Shown: in pieces, positions 17,963 to 29,102 of the stretch
Layout of the letters: every line of letters begins with the position of its first letter
Position numbering within the stretch: the first letter of the stretch is position 1
NCBI GenBank assembly: GCA_036005065.1
Contig: DASYQW010000371.1
Location: 13 to 64,012, forward strand
Direction of reading: 5' to 3'
From: Candidatus Methylomirabilota bacterium
GTDB taxonomy: Bacteria; Methylomirabilota; Methylomirabilia; Rokubacteriales; DASRDR01
DNA: 64,000 bases
Made by a program: the position numbers and the translations under genes
The notes under the pieces: model-generated
Databases searched by the model: none
Seen by the model: only the letters and a program-made list of their open reading frames with translations
What the model was told of the DNA's origin: nothing

Positions 17963-20413
17963 GTGTTTGAACGGTTCACGGAGCGCGCGCGGCGAGTCAT
18001 CATCCTGGCCCGGGAGGAGGCGGGACGGTTCCGTCACGACTTCGTGGGAACCGAGCACATTCTCCTCGGCCTGATCCGAGACGGGGAGGGGATCGCCACC
18101 GCTGTCCTCCAGCGGCTCGGCCTCCGGCTCGAGACCGTCAAGTCGGAAGTGGAGCGGGCGCTCGGGGGATTCCCCAAGACGCTGACCTTCGGCGAGGTGC
18201 CGTTCACCCCGCAGGCCAAGCGGGTGCTCGAGCTCTCCATCGAGGAGGCCCGTCAGCTCGGCCACAACTACATCGGGACGGAGCACCTTCTGCTGGGCGT
18301 CATGAAGGAAGGCCAGTCGATCGCCGCCAAGATCCTCGAATCGCTCGGCGCGCGACTCGACGAGGTCCGCCAAGAGACCCTGGCGCTCCTGGGTGACCAG
18401 TACTACCCGCGCCCCAAGAAGCGCAGCCAGACCCCCGTCCTCGACGAGTTCGCCCGGGACCTCACCCAGTTCGCCCGCGAGAGCAAGCTGGACCCCGTCA
18501 TCGGGCGCGAGATGGAGATCGAGCGCGTCATCCAGATCCTCTCCCGCCGCACCAAGAACAACCCCGTGCTCATCGGGGAGCCCGGGGTGGGGAAGACGGC
18601 CATCGTCGAGGGGCTCGCCCAGAAGATCGTCAACCACGACGTGCCCGATGTGCTCGTCGGCAAGCGCCTCCTTCAGCTGGATCTCGGCGCGCTGGTGGCC
18701 GGCACCAAGTACCGGGGCCAGTTCGAAGAGCGCCTGAAGGCCGTCATGAAGGAGATCCGGCAGTCCGAGAACGTCATCCTGTTCCTCGACGAGCTCCACA
18801 CGCTCATCGGAGCGGGCGCGGCCGAGGGCGCGATCGACGCCTCGAACATGCTCAAGCCCGCCCTCTCGCGCGGCGAGATCCAGTGCATCGGGGCCACCAC
18901 GCTCGACGAATACCGCAAGCACATCGAGAAGGACGGTGCCCTCGAGCGGCGGTTCCAGCCGATCATCGTGCGGGCCCCGTCGGTGGCCGAGTCGGTCGAG
19001 ATCATCAAGGGGCTCCGGCCGAAGTACGAGGCGCACCACCGGGTCAAGATCACCGACCAGGCGATCGATGCCGCCGTCAAGCTCGCCGACCGGCACATCA
19101 CCGAACGGCACCTCCCCGACAAGGCGATCGACGTCATCGACGAGGCGGCCAGCCGGACCCGGCTCCAGTCGATGACGCCCCCGGCCGAGCTCAAGGAGAT
19201 CGACAAGGAGATCGAGCGCGTCGTTCGCGAGAAAGACATGTTCCTCGAGGCCCAGGAGTTCGAGAAGGCCGCCTCGCTTCGCGAGAAGGAAAAGGTGCTC
19301 CGGGGCCGGGACGAGGAGCTCAAGCGCGAATGGGAGCAGAAGAAGGGCCGGCAGACGTCGGTGGTGAACGAGGAAGACGTCGAGTACATCGTCTCCCGCT
19401 GGACCGGCATCCCGCTCTCACGCCTGGAGGAGAAGGAGTCCGCCAAGCTCTCCCGGATGGAGGAAGCCCTCCACGGCCGCATCGTGGGACAGGAGGATGC
19501 CCTCCGCGCGGTCTCCCGCGCCATCCGCCGGTCGCGGGCCGGCCTCAAGGACGCCAAGCGTCCCGTGGGCTCGTTCATCTTCCTCGGCCCCACCGGGGTG
19601 GGGAAGACGGAGTTGGCCCGGGCGCTGGCCGAATTCCTGTTCGGCGACGAGAACGCGATGATCCGCATCGACATGTCGGAGTACATGGAGAAGTTCTCGG
19701 TCTCGCGGCTCCTTGGCGCGCCGCCGGGCTACGTGGGTTATGAGGAGGGTGGCTACCTGACGGAAAAGGTGCGCCGGCGTCCGTACTCGGTCGTCCTCTT
19801 CGACGAGATCGAGAAGGCGCACCCCGACGTCTTCAACATGCTCCTCCAGGTCCTCGACGACGGGCGGCTCACCGACTCGCTCGGGCACGTCGTGGACTTC
19901 AAGAACGCGATCCTCATCATGACGTCCAACCTCGGGACGAACCTGATCGGGAAGCGCGTGAGCCCGGGCTTCCTCCAGGAATCGGCCGAGGAAGGCTACG
20001 AGCGGATGAGGGAGCGGGTGCTGGAAGAGCTCAAGCGGGCCTTCCGGCCCGAGTTCATCAACCGGATCGACGAGGTCATCGTCTTCCACGCCCTCAGCGA
20101 GGCGGACATCAAGGCCATCGTCAGGCTGATGATCACCCGGGTGAACAAGCAGCTCGAGGAGAAGGCGATCCGGATCGAGCTGACCCTCGAGGCCGAGGAG
20201 TTGCTCTTGCAGAAGGGCTACGACGCGACCTACGGGGCGCGTCAGCTTCGCCGGACGATCCAGAAGCACATCGAGGACCCGCTCGCCGAAGCCATCGTCA
20301 GCGGCCAGATCCAGGAAGGGTCCCGGATCGAAGTGCGGCCCGACGGCGAGAATTTCGCCTTCGAGCCCATCAACGAACTGACGGAACCATCCCTGAACTT
20401 GGCGGAGCGCTGA
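17963..20413 (+). CDS. clpC: ATP-dependent Clp protease ATP-binding subunit ClpC (class III AAA+ chaperone)
   Basis: Duplicated Clp_N repeats, two AAA+ modules ([16 protein letters not shown]) and a UVR motif between them ([12 protein letters not shown]). The likely start is GTG 17963 ([12 protein letters not shown]...); the track uses ATG 17921. Confidence 0.85.
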   Translation: MFERFTERARRVIILAREEAGRFRHDFVGTEHILLGLIRDGEGIATAVLQRLGLRLETVKSEVERALGGFPKTLTFGEVPFTPQAKRVLELSIEEARQLGHNYIGTEHLLLGVMKEGQSIAAKILESLGARLDEVRQETLALLGDQYYPRPKKRSQTPVLDEFARDLTQFARESKLDPVIGREMEIERVIQILSRRTKNNPVLIGEPGVGKTAIVEGLAQKIVNHDVPDVLVGKRLLQLDLGALVAGTKYRGQFEERLKAVMKEIRQSENVILFLDELHTLIGAGAAEGAIDASNMLKPALSRGEIQCIGATTLDEYRKHIEKDGALERRFQPIIVRAPSVAESVEIIKGLRPKYEAHHRVKITDQAIDAAVKLADRHITERHLPDKAIDVIDEAASRTRLQSMTPPAELKEIDKEIERVVREKDMFLEAQEFEKAASLREKEKVLRGRDEELKREWEQKKGRQTSVVNEEDVEYIVSRWTGIPLSRLEEKESAKLSRMEEALHGRIVGQEDALRAVSRAIRRSRAGLKDAKRPVGSFIFLGPTGVGKTELARALAEFLFGDENAMIRIDMSEYMEKFSVSRLLGAPPGYVGYEEGGYLTEKVRRRPYSVVLFDEIEKAHPDVFNMLLQVLDDGRLTDSLGHVVDFKNAILIMTSNLGTNLIGKRVSPGFLQESAEEGYERMRERVLEELKRAFRPEFINRIDEVIVFHALSEADIKAIVRLMITRVNKQLEEKAIRIELTLEAEELLLQKGYDATYGARQLRRTIQKHIEDPLAEAIVSGQIQEGSRIEVRPDGENFAFEPINELTEPSLNLAER

Positions 20414-20435
20414 GCCGCCAGACGCTGCCGATCGG

Positions 20436-22721
20436 GTGAGGCGAAGCCTCCGTTCCGGGAGGGCAACGGTGGCGAACGGAGGCCGACGCCTCTCCGTTCT
20501 CTTCGTGGTCATGCTCCTCGGCCTGGTCGGGGTCGCCCGGGGCCAGGAGCCTCAGCCGACCGTCCGCGACATCACGGTGGAGGGCAATCGCCGGATCCAG
20601 TCCCCGGTGATCCTCAACCGTGTCCAGACCAAGATCGGCGATGTCTTCTCCCCCGGCGCCTTGCGCGAAGACGTCCGCGCCATCTTCGCCCTCGGGTTCT
20701 TCGACGACGTCCAGGTGCGCGTGGAGGAATTCGAGGGCGGCCTCCGGGTCATCTTCGTCGTCATCGAGCGGCCCCTCCTCCGCGAGGTGGGATTCGAGGG
20801 CAACCGCGACGCGAAGACGGAGGAGCTCCGGGAGAAGGCCGGGTTGCGCATCGGCGTCCTCTACAACCCCGTGGAGGTGCAGCGCGCGGTCGACGCCATC
20901 CGCCAGAAGTACGAGGAGGACGGGTTCTTCGGCGTCACCATCCAGCCCCGGACGGAGCGGACCCCCGAAGGGGACATCCGGGTGGTCTTCCGGATCGACG
21001 AAGGCGCCAAGATGTACATCGATCGCATCGTCATCGAAGGCAACCAGGCCCTGACCGACAAGCAAATCAAGGGCGCCATGATGACGAAGGAGCGCATGTT
21101 GTGGATCCTCCCGTTCTCGAAGGTGCACCGCAAGATCTTCGAGGAAGACGCCGATCGGATCCTCGGCTTCTACGCCGACCACGGGTACGTGCAGGCCCGG
21201 ATCGAGTCGCACGAGATCGTTCCCGATTTCGAGCGCGGCAAGATCATCCTCCGAACCCGCCTGGTGGAAGGCCCCCAGTTCCACGTCGGCGCGGTCGCCA
21301 TCGAGGGCCACGAGATCCTCAGTGAAGCCGAGATCCGGAGCCTGATCGCGCTCAAACCGGGGGACGCCTTCGACCGGAGCGCCGTGCGGACGGCGATCCG
21401 GAAGATCACCGACCGCTACTCCGAGCTGGGGCGCGCCCGCGCCGAGGTCACTCCGAGCACCGACACCGACCTGGAGGCCCGCCGGGTCAACCTCACCCTC
21501 GCCATCAAAGAGGGGCCGCAAGTCTACGTCGAGCGCATCAACATCACCGGCAACACGAAGAGCTCGGAAAAGGTGCTGCGCCGGGAGCTGCGGGTGGCCG
21601 AGGGCGAGCTCTTCACGTATCAGAAGCTGGTGCGAAGCCGTCAGCGACTCTTCAACCTGGGATACTTCGACGAAGTCAACGCGACCGTGGAGCCCGGATC
21701 GACACCGGATAGGGTGATCGTCAACATCGACGTCAAGGAGCGCGCCACCGGCATGTTCAGCATCGGGGCCGGTTACAGCTCCCTCGACAAGCTGTTCGGG
21801 ACGGTCGAGATCACCCAGCGCAACCTCTTCGGCCGAGGGCAGGAGGTGTCCCTCCAGTTTCGCATCGGCTCCGCCAGTCAGCTGGTCCAGCTGAGCTTCA
21901 CCGAGCCTTACCTGTTCGACATCCCGTTGCGGGCCGGCTTCGACCTCTATCTCCGCGAGCGGGACTTCGACGACTTCACCGAAGCCCGCATCGGCGGCGA
22001 CGTGCGGGGTACCTACCCGCTGACTGAGTTCGTGTCGATGACGGCCGTCTACCGGCTGGAAGACGTCAAGATCAGCAACGTGGCGGACAACGCGAGCGCC
22101 GATCTGAAGGCGGAGGTCGGGCGGAAGCTCAACTCCCTGGTCGAGCTCGGCGTGGCCCGGGACACCCGCGACAACATCTTCGAGCCGAGCTCGGGAAGCC
22201 GGAACGCGTTCGGCATCGCCTTTGCCGGCCTCGGCGGGGACACGCAATGGTACCGGGTGGTGGGCGAGACGGCCTGGTACTGGCCTCTGCCCTTCTTCGA
22301 CTGGGTGGTGGGGGCCCGCGGGCTGGCCGGGATCGTCCAGGGCTGGGGTGGAAAGGAAGTCCCCATCTTCGAGCGGTTCTTCCTGGGGGGCGCGACCACC
22401 CTCCGCGGCCAGCGCACCCGGTCGGTCGCTCCCAAGGACGCCCAGGGCTTCGTGATCGGCGGCGACAAGGAGCTGGTCGGCAGCACGGAGCTGCTGATCC
22501 CGATCTTCCCGCGGTTCAGGGTTGCGTTGTTCTTCGACGCCGGCAACGCCTACGGCTTCGGCACCGACTTCGATCCGGCCAACCTCCGCCTCACGGTCGG
22601 CGCCGGCTTCCGGTTCTATTCCCCGCTGGGACCGCTCCGGCTCGACTACGGGTACAACCTGGATCGGAAACCGGGCGAGAGTTCTGGTCAGATCAACTTC
22701 ACGGTCGGGTCGCCCTTCTGA
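20436..22721 (+). CDS. bamA: Outer membrane protein assembly factor BamA (Omp85)
   Basis: Signal peptide, five POTRA-like repeats and a C-terminal Omp85 beta-barrel ending in the aromatic residue F. Confidence 0.9.
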   Translation: MRRSLRSGRATVANGGRRLSVLFVVMLLGLVGVARGQEPQPTVRDITVEGNRRIQSPVILNRVQTKIGDVFSPGALREDVRAIFALGFFDDVQVRVEEFEGGLRVIFVVIERPLLREVGFEGNRDAKTEELREKAGLRIGVLYNPVEVQRAVDAIRQKYEEDGFFGVTIQPRTERTPEGDIRVVFRIDEGAKMYIDRIVIEGNQALTDKQIKGAMMTKERMLWILPFSKVHRKIFEEDADRILGFYADHGYVQARIESHEIVPDFERGKIILRTRLVEGPQFHVGAVAIEGHEILSEAEIRSLIALKPGDAFDRSAVRTAIRKITDRYSELGRARAEVTPSTDTDLEARRVNLTLAIKEGPQVYVERINITGNTKSSEKVLRRELRVAEGELFTYQKLVRSRQRLFNLGYFDEVNATVEPGSTPDRVIVNIDVKERATGMFSIGAGYSSLDKLFGTVEITQRNLFGRGQEVSLQFRIGSASQLVQLSFTEPYLFDIPLRAGFDLYLRERDFDDFTEARIGGDVRGTYPLTEFVSMTAVYRLEDVKISNVADNASADLKAEVGRKLNSLVELGVARDTRDNIFEPSSGSRNAFGIAFAGLGGDTQWYRVVGETAWYWPLPFFDWVVGARGLAGIVQGWGGKEVPIFERFFLGGATTLRGQRTRSVAPKDAQGFVIGGDKELVGSTELLIPIFPRFRVALFFDAGNAYGFGTDFDPANLRLTVGAGFRFYSPLGPLRLDYGYNLDRKPGESSGQINFTVGSPF

Positions 22722-22739
22722 GGCGACGAGGGGTAGTAC

Positions 22740-23273
22740 ATGAAGCGACTGGCAGTTCTCGTAACCGCCCTGGCGGCCGTCCTCGTTCTGGCCGGAGACG
22801 GCGGGGCGGCGGCCTCCCGAATCGGGTTCGTCGACGTGCAGAAGGTCCTCGTGCGGTCGGTGGCCGGCGTGGCCGCTCGCGAGCAGCTCGAGCGCGAGAA
22901 GGCCGCGATGCAGAAGGATGTCGACACCCGCCGGGCCGAGGTCGAGAAGCTTCGGGACGAGCTCGAGAAGAAGGGGCTCGTCCTCTCGGCGGATTCCAAG
23001 CGCGAGAAGGAAGAAACGCTCCAGCGGAAAGTGCGCGATCTCCGCCGTGTGGTCGATGACTTCCAGAAGGAGCTCGAGCGCAAGGAGCAAGCGCTCACCC
23101 AGCGGATCCTCCAGGACCTGACGGTGCTCATCGAGCGGGTCGGGAAGGAGCGCGGCTATCTCCTCATTCTCGAGAAGCGGGGCGCCAGCGTGATCTACGG
23201 CGACGCCGAGGCGGACGTCACCGAGGACGTGATCAAGTTCTACGACCAGGAGAAGGCCAAGGAGAAGAAGTAG
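22740..23273 (+). CDS. skp: Periplasmic chaperone Skp (OmpH)
   Basis: Signal peptide, followed by Lys/Glu-rich coiled-coil tentacles. Conserved position between bamA and lpxD. Confidence 0.8.
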   Translation: MKRLAVLVTALAAVLVLAGDGGAAASRIGFVDVQKVLVRSVAGVAAREQLEREKAAMQKDVDTRRAEVEKLRDELEKKGLVLSADSKREKEETLQRKVRDLRRVVDDFQKELERKEQALTQRILQDLTVLIERVGKERGYLLILEKRGASVIYGDAEADVTEDVIKFYDQEKAKEKK

Positions 23274-23330
23274 ATGAGGAGCCGGCGGCAGCCAGCCCGC
23301 GGGCTATGAGCCGGCCCGAGCCGGGGCCCG

Positions 23331-24425
23331 ATGCCGACCACGGCTCCAGTGGTTCTTCAGGGTGACCCGGTGAGCGGCAATCGGCGTTTGGGCGAGCTGG
23401 CCCGGCTCGTCGGCGGCGCGATCGACGGCGATCCCGATCTGCCCATCCGGGGTATGGCCAGCCTCGATCGGGCCCAGGCCGGCGACCTCAGCCTGGTGGC
23501 CGGCCGCCACTATCGAGCCCTCGCCGAACAGAGCCGCGCTTCCGCGTTCCTGGTGGCGCTCGACGTGACCCTGCCCGGCCGCTCGGTGATCCGGGTGGCC
23601 CACCCGCACCTCGCGCTGGCCACGCTGCTCCGGGTCTTCCATCCCGAGGTCAGGCCCGCCTCGGGGATCCATCCCACCGCGGTCGTGGCGGCCTCGGCAC
23701 GGGTGGCCGGCGACGCGGCCGTGCTCGCCCACGTCGTGGTCGGTGACGGGAGCGTCGTGGAGGCCGGAGCGGTCCTGCATCCCCACGTCGTGCTCGGCGA
23801 GCGCTGCCGGGTGGGGGAGGCCAGCGTGCTGCATCCCCACGTCGTGCTCCGAGAGGACGTGGAGGTCGGTCGCCACGTGGTCATCCACGCCGGCGCCGTG
23901 TTGGGCGCCGACGGGTTCGGGTACGCGTTCGACGGTACCCGGCACCGGAAGATCCCGCAGGTCGGCCGAGTGGTGGTCGAGGACGACGTGGAGATCGGCG
24001 CCAACGTGACCATCGACCGCGCGACGCTCGGCGACACCATCATCGGCCGCGGAAGCAAGATCGACAATCTGGTGCAGATCGGCCATAATACCGTGGTTGG
24101 CGCGGACACCGTCATCGTTGCGCAGGCGGGGATCTCGGGCTCGTGTCGGATCGGGAACCGCGTGATCATCGGGGGGCAGGTGGGCATCGTGGACCACGTC
24201 AGGGTCGGTGACGGCGCCCGGGTCGCATCGCAGTCGGGCGTGACGGACGACGTGGACCCGGGGACCGCCGTCCTCGGGACTCCGGCCATCCCCATCGCCG
24301 AGGGCCGCCGAGTGGCCGTGTCCTTGCCGCGCTTGCCGGAACTGCTTCGATCCGTCCGGCGCCTCGAGAAGCGGGTGGCCGCACTCGAGCGGCGCCTGGA
24401 GACCGCCACGGGCCCCCCGGAATGA
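23331..24425 (+). CDS. lpxD: UDP-3-O-acylglucosamine N-acyltransferase
   Basis: N-terminal UDP-binding domain plus a left-handed beta-helix of hexapeptide repeats; 364 aa. Confidence 0.85.
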   Translation: MPTTAPVVLQGDPVSGNRRLGELARLVGGAIDGDPDLPIRGMASLDRAQAGDLSLVAGRHYRALAEQSRASAFLVALDVTLPGRSVIRVAHPHLALATLLRVFHPEVRPASGIHPTAVVAASARVAGDAAVLAHVVVGDGSVVEAGAVLHPHVVLGERCRVGEASVLHPHVVLREDVEVGRHVVIHAGAVLGADGFGYAFDGTRHRKIPQVGRVVVEDDVEIGANVTIDRATLGDTIIGRGSKIDNLVQIGHNTVVGADTVIVAQAGISGSCRIGNRVIIGGQVGIVDHVRVGDGARVASQSGVTDDVDPGTAVLGTPAIPIAEGRRVAVSLPRLPELLRSVRRLEKRVAALERRLETATGPPE

Positions 24426-25309
24426 CCGCCGAGCCGACCGGCGAGCAGGGCGGGAGCTCGCCGGGTGATTGGCGTCCCCTCGACGATTTCCGGGCCGAGA
24501 TCCATCCCACGGCGGTCATCCACCCCAAGGTCGAGCTCGGAATCGGGGTGCGGATCGGTCCCTACGCGGTGATCGGAGAGGACGTCCAGCTCGGGGACGG
24601 CGTCGAGGTCGGGCCCCATGCGGTCCTCGAAGGGCGGCTCGAGATCGGTCCGCGCTCGCGCATCTTCGCCGGAGCGATCATCGGCTTCCCGCCCCAGGAC
24701 CTCAAGTGGAAGCCCGGCATGCCTTCCGGCGTCCGCATCGGAGCCGACAACATCATCCGCGAGTACGCGACGATCCACCGCTCGTCGGTGGAAGACGGCT
24801 GGACGACGATCGGCGACGGCTGCTTCATTATGGCGAGCTCCCACATCGCCCACGACTGCCGGGTCGGCAACGGTGTCGTGCTCACGGGCTACACCGGGTT
24901 GACCGGGTGGGTTGAGGTCGGCGACAAGGCCGTCATCTCGGGCCTGGCCGGCATCCACCAGTTCGTGCGGATCGGCACCCTGGCCTTCGTGGGCGGCTGC
25001 ACCCGCCTGCCCCAGGACGTGCCGCCGTATTTCCTGGTCGAGGGGAACCCGGCCCACGTCCGGGGCGTCAACGTCGTCGGTCTGCGGCGCGCCGGAGTGC
25101 CCGCCGAGGCGCGACTCCTGATCGGACGGGCCTACCGGATCCTCTACCGATCGGGCCACACGCCGGAGAAGGCGCTGGAGAAGATCCGCGCCGAGCTGGC
25201 GCCCTCCCCGTACGTCGACCAACTGGCCGAGTTCATCGCCACGTCCAAGCGTGGCATTTGTCGGCACCGGCCGCGTGGCCCGGAGCCGACCGAAGAGGTG
25301 GAGGGGTGA
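24422..25309 (+). CDS. lpxA: UDP-N-acetylglucosamine O-acyltransferase
   Basis: Hexapeptide-repeat beta-helix plus the LpxA C-terminal helical domain ([13 protein letters not shown]...). ATGA overlap with lpxD. Confidence 0.85.
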   Translation: MTAEPTGEQGGSSPGDWRPLDDFRAEIHPTAVIHPKVELGIGVRIGPYAVIGEDVQLGDGVEVGPHAVLEGRLEIGPRSRIFAGAIIGFPPQDLKWKPGMPSGVRIGADNIIREYATIHRSSVEDGWTTIGDGCFIMASSHIAHDCRVGNGVVLTGYTGLTGWVEVGDKAVISGLAGIHQFVRIGTLAFVGGCTRLPQDVPPYFLVEGNPAHVRGVNVVGLRRAGVPAEARLLIGRAYRILYRSGHTPEKALEKIRAELAPSPYVDQLAEFIATSKRGICRHRPRGPEPTEEVEG

Positions 25310-26310
25310 AGAGAGCGGAAAAGCGGATGCGAGCGGGAGTGGTCGGGGCCGGCCACATGGGGCAGTACCACACCCTCGTCTATGCCGAGCTGTGGGATGT
25401 CGACCTGGTCGGCCTGGTGGACCTCGACCCCAGCACGGTGGCCCGGCTGGCAGCTCAGTACGACACCCAGGGGTTCACCGACTACCGGGAGCTCTTCGGC
25501 AAGGTCGACGTTGTCTCCATCGCCGTCCCGACGCCCCTTCACTTCGAGGTGGCGCGTGCCTGCATGGAGGCCGGCATCCACGTGCTGGTGGAAAAGCCGC
25601 TGAGCCCCACGCTGGAAGAGGCGCGCGAGCTGTTCCGGATCGCCCGGCAGCAAAACGTCGTCCTCCACGTTGGGCACGTGGAGCGATTCAACGGGGCCGT
25701 CCAGGAGCTCCGGAAGATCGTCGTCAGTCCGATCCTGGTCGAGTCCCGTCGCCTGGGCCCGTTCGTCCCGCGGGTCCAGCACGACACCGTGATCATGGAC
25801 CTGATGATCCACGACATCGACATCGTGCTCGGCCTGGTGGACGCCGACATTCAGGAGATCACCGCGGCCGGGGCCCGGGTGCAGTCGACACACCCCGACG
25901 TGGCGAACGTCCAGATGCTGTTCGCCAACGGCACGCTGGCCAACATCACCGCCAGCCGAGCCACCGAGCAGAAGATCCGCACGCTGGCCATCACCCAGCC
26001 GGACGCCTATATCTTCCTGAATTACACCGACCAGGACATCCAGATTCACCGGCGGGCCGCCTCCGAATACATCCTGAACCGAGAGTCCATCCGGTATCGG
26101 CAGGAATCCTTCGTGGAGCACCTCTTCGTGCACAAGGAGAACCCGCTCAAGCTCGAGATCCTCCACTTGCTGAACGCTGTCCGCGAGGCTCAGCGGACGG
26201 GGCGGGTGGACCTCAGCGAATACGACGACGTCCGCTCCCTCGCCGTCGCCCTGGCGATCGAGCGCATGATCCGGGAGGAAAGCGTCCACCTCCGCTGGCC
26301 GCCCCGCTAG
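25306..26310 (+). CDS. Gfo/Idh/MocA-family NAD(P)-dependent oxidoreductase (candidate UDP-GlcNAc 3-dehydrogenase GnnA-like)
   Basis: Rossmann motif GVVGAGHMG. GTG start at 25306 overlapping the lpxA stop, with a strong SD (GGTGGAGGG). Lies between lpxA and lpxI. Confidence 0.7.
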   Translation: MKRAEKRMRAGVVGAGHMGQYHTLVYAELWDVDLVGLVDLDPSTVARLAAQYDTQGFTDYRELFGKVDVVSIAVPTPLHFEVARACMEAGIHVLVEKPLSPTLEEARELFRIARQQNVVLHVGHVERFNGAVQELRKIVVSPILVESRRLGPFVPRVQHDTVIMDLMIHDIDIVLGLVDADIQEITAAGARVQSTHPDVANVQMLFANGTLANITASRATEQKIRTLAITQPDAYIFLNYTDQDIQIHRRAASEYILNRESIRYRQESFVEHLFVHKENPLKLEILHLLNAVREAQRTGRVDLSEYDDVRSLAVALAIERMIREESVHLRWPPR

Positions 26311-26369
26311 GACGCTGTCGGAGTAACCATGCCCCGCGGCTTGCCCAACCGCCCACGGTTGATGTTCCG

Positions 26370-26446
26370 CTCCGAGCGCGGGCTTGGCCCGCGCCACCTT
26401 CTCCTGGGGGGCGGGTCTGGGAGGGGCCGTCGAGGCCGCCTCCCAT
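26370..26446 (+). repeat. Intergenic two-hairpin repeat, family A copy 4 (oxidoreductase-lpxI spacer)
   Basis: CTCCGAGCGCGGGCTTGGCCCGCGCCACC...CTGGGAGGGGCCGTCGAGGCCGCCTCCCA. Both stems are retained by compensatory substitutions relative to copy 1: GCGCGGGC/GCCCGCGC against GCGGCGGC/GCCGCCGC, and tGggagg/cctccCa against tCggagg/cctccGa. Confidence 0.7.
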
Positions 26447-26454
26447 GATCTAAC

Positions 26455-27273
26455 ATGCCGGAGAGCCTCGGCCTCGTCGGCGGGGCGGGGGTCCTGCCCG
26501 CCCTGGTGGCCCGCGAGGCTCGTCGCGCCGGTTGGCGCGTCATCGCCTTCGCGCTCGACGATCCCGCCGGGTTCTCCGACGTGGTCGACCGGGTCGTCCC
26601 GTGCCGGGTCGGAGACGTCGGACCCATCGTCGATGCTCTCGTCGAGGAGGCCATCCGCCACGTGGTGCTGGCCGGACGCATCTCGAAGCACGGGCTCTTC
26701 CGGGGGGAGCTCCTCGACCAGGCGGCCCGGGCGCTCGTCGCGCGGAGCCCGGACTGGACGGACGACGGGCTTCTCCGGACGGCCACCACCGCGCTGGCGG
26801 CGCTGGGCATCGAGTTGCTCGACCAGCGGCGCTTTCTCGCAGCCTGGCTGGCGCCGGTCGGGCACGCCGCCGGACCGGCCTTGAGCGAAGCCGCCCGGGC
26901 CGACGTCGGGTGCGGCCTCCGGATCGCCCGCGACCTCGGCCGGCACGGCATCGGCCAGACCGTGGTCGTCCGGAACGGAACGGTCGTGGCCGTCGAGGCC
27001 ATGGAGGGCACGGACGAGACGATCCGCCGGGGACTCGCGCTGGCCGGCCCGGGGGCGGTGGTGGTGAAGGCGACGGGGCCCAGCCACGACTACCGCTTCG
27101 ACGTGCCGACGATCGGCCCCGCCACGCTGGCACTTTGCGGCGAGGGCCGGGCAGCCGCCCTGGCCGTGGAAGCGGATCGGGTCCTCCTCCTGGACCGCGA
27201 GCGGATCGCGAGCGACGCCGAGCGGATGGGCATCAGCGTTGTCGGAGTCGGCGGGGATCTCCCGACCGATTGA
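26455..27273 (+). CDS. lpxI: UDP-2,3-diacylglucosamine pyrophosphatase LpxI (DUF1009)
   Basis: N-terminal LGLVGGAGVLP and the GQTVVVRNGTVVAVEAMEGTDETIRRG motif characteristic of LpxI. Position between lpxA and lpxB. No LpxH is present in the window. Confidence 0.8.
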   Translation: MPESLGLVGGAGVLPALVAREARRAGWRVIAFALDDPAGFSDVVDRVVPCRVGDVGPIVDALVEEAIRHVVLAGRISKHGLFRGELLDQAARALVARSPDWTDDGLLRTATTALAALGIELLDQRRFLAAWLAPVGHAAGPALSEAARADVGCGLRIARDLGRHGIGQTVVVRNGTVVAVEAMEGTDETIRRGLALAGPGAVVVKATGPSHDYRFDVPTIGPATLALCGEGRAAALAVEADRVLLLDRERIASDAERMGISVVGVGGDLPTD

Positions 27274-28405
27274 CGTCCTGCTGGTCGCCGGGGAAGCCTC
27301 CGGCGATCTTCACGGCGCGACGCTGGCGCGCGCCCTCGTGAGCCTCGCCCCGGGGATCCGCCTGGCGGGAATGGGCGGTGCCCGCATGGGCGCCGCCGGG
27401 GTGCGCCTCCTGCACGGGATCGACCGGGCGGCGGTCGTCGGCGTCACCGAGGTGCTGGGCCGGCTTCCCGCGCTCCTCCGCATCTTGCGCGACCTTCGAC
27501 GGTGCCTCCGGGAACGCCGCCCGAGCGTCCTCGTGCTGATCGACTTCCCCGATTTCAATCTCCGCCTGGCCCGCCACGCCCGCACCCTCGGCATCCCGGT
27601 CGTCTACTTCATCCCTCCCCAGGTCTGGGCCTGGCGCCGGGGCCGGCTGCGGGTCATGGCCCGCGACGTGACGCGCGTCCTCGCGGTGTTCCCGTTCGAG
27701 GTCGGCTTCTATCGCGAGGCCGGGGTCCCCGTGGAGTTCGTCGGCCACCCGATCCTCGACGTGCTGCCACCCCTGGATCGCGAGGCGGCGCGCCGGGGCC
27801 TGGCGGCCGCCGAGCCCCTGATCGGGCTTCTTCCCGGGAGCCGGGTCGAGGAGGTGCGACGCCACCTGCCGCTGCTCCTTCATGCCGCCGCCGCCATCCG
27901 AGACCGCGTGCCCGCCGCCCGGGTCGTCCTGGCGCTCGCTCCTACGATCGCGCCGGCCGTCGCGAAGGCGCTGGTGCGAGACTCGCGGGTGGATGTCCGG
28001 ATCCTGCCGGGCGAGGCCTATCGCGTGATGGCAGGTGCCGATCTGCTGCTGGTCGCCTCCGGAACGGCGACACTCGAAGCCGCCTGCTACGGGACCCCGA
28101 TGGTCGTGGTCTACCGCCTCTCGCGGGTCTCGTACGTCCTGGCGCGGCTGCTCGTCCGCGGCGTTCGGCACATCAGCCTGCCCAACATCATCGCCGGGCG
28201 CGGCGCGGTCCCCGAGTTGATCCAGGGACAAGCCACGCCTGCCCGGGTAGCGCGGGCCGGGCTGGCGCTCCTCGCTGACGAGGCCGAGCGCGCGGCGCAG
28301 CAGGCCGCTCTCCACGACGTCCGCGTGCGACTCGGAGACGCGGGGGCCGGCGAGCGGGCGGCGCGGGCGGTCCTGCGGGAGAGCAGCCTTGCCGTCCCGG
28401 GGTGA
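27239..28405 (+). CDS. lpxB: Lipid-A-disaccharide synthase
   Basis: N-terminal IDVLLVAGEASGDLHGA and a GT-B fold; 388 aa. Confidence 0.85.
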   Translation: MSESAGISRPIDVLLVAGEASGDLHGATLARALVSLAPGIRLAGMGGARMGAAGVRLLHGIDRAAVVGVTEVLGRLPALLRILRDLRRCLRERRPSVLVLIDFPDFNLRLARHARTLGIPVVYFIPPQVWAWRRGRLRVMARDVTRVLAVFPFEVGFYREAGVPVEFVGHPILDVLPPLDREAARRGLAAAEPLIGLLPGSRVEEVRRHLPLLLHAAAAIRDRVPAARVVLALAPTIAPAVAKALVRDSRVDVRILPGEAYRVMAGADLLLVASGTATLEAACYGTPMVVVYRLSRVSYVLARLLVRGVRHISLPNIIAGRGAVPELIQGQATPARVARAGLALLADEAERAAQQAALHDVRVRLGDAGAGERAARAVLRESSLAVPG

Positions 28406-29102
28406 GGCGGCCGGGGGTGGACTCACCCGGCGCGACCGGCTCGTCCTCGCGGGACTGGTGGCCGTCGGCCGCCCACTGATCCGGCTCCTCGGCGCCAGCC
28501 TCCGTCTCACCGAGGCGAATCGCGAGGTGGCGGACCGGCTGTGGGCGGTCGGCGGCCCGCTGATCTATGCCGCCTGGCACGGCCGGATCCTGATGTTCCC
28601 CTACTTCTACGGTCGCCTCCGGCGCGTCCACGTGCTGGCCAGCCGGTCGCGGGACGGGGAGCTCGTCAGCCGCTTCGCCCGGGCCTTCGGCTTCCAGGTC
28701 GTCCGCGGCTCGTCCTCGCGCGGGGCCGCGTCTGCCCTCCGCCTCCTGGCCCGGCTGCTCCGCGAGCAGCACGCGGAGATCGGGGTGGTCCCCGACGGCC
28801 CGCGCGGGCCGCGCTACGTGGCCCAGCCGGGGCCCGTGCTCCTCGCCAAGCTGGGGCGGGCGCCCATCCTGCCGCTCGGCCTCGGCGCCTCGCGCGGCAC
28901 CGTCCTGGCGTCGTGGGACGAGTTCCTCATTCCGCACCCGTTCGCGCGCATCGCCGTCGTCTTCGGGGAGCCGCTCGTGGTCCCCGAGGACGCCGACCGG
29001 GAGGCGCTCGAGCACCATCGTCAGCGTCTGGAGGCGACCCTGAGTCGCCTCACGGGGGAGGCCGACCGTCTGGTCGGCAGGCGACGTGTATCGGCTCTAT
29101 AG
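28389..29102 (+). CDS. DUF374-domain protein (lysophospholipid acyltransferase-like), a conserved kdtA neighbour
   Basis: WHGRILMFPYFYG...ASRSRDGELVSRFARAFGFQVVRGSS matches the DUF374 family that characteristically sits next to waaA. Confidence 0.65.
   Translation: MPSRGEAAGGGLTRRDRLVLAGLVAVGRPLIRLLGASLRLTEANREVADRLWAVGGPLIYAAWHGRILMFPYFYGRLRRVHVLASRSRDGELVSRFARAFGFQVVRGSSSRGAASALRLLARLLREQHAEIGVVPDGPRGPRYVAQPGPVLLAKLGRAPILPLGLGASRGTVLASWDEFLIPHPFARIAVVFGEPLVVPEDADREALEHHRQRLEATLSRLTGEADRLVGRRRVSAL

Noticed and set aside
23274-23330. Perfect 10-nt palindrome GCCCGCGGGC in the skp-lpxD spacer as a terminator
   Set aside because: The palindrome has no loop and no U-tract. It is too short to be a credible structure or operator on its own.
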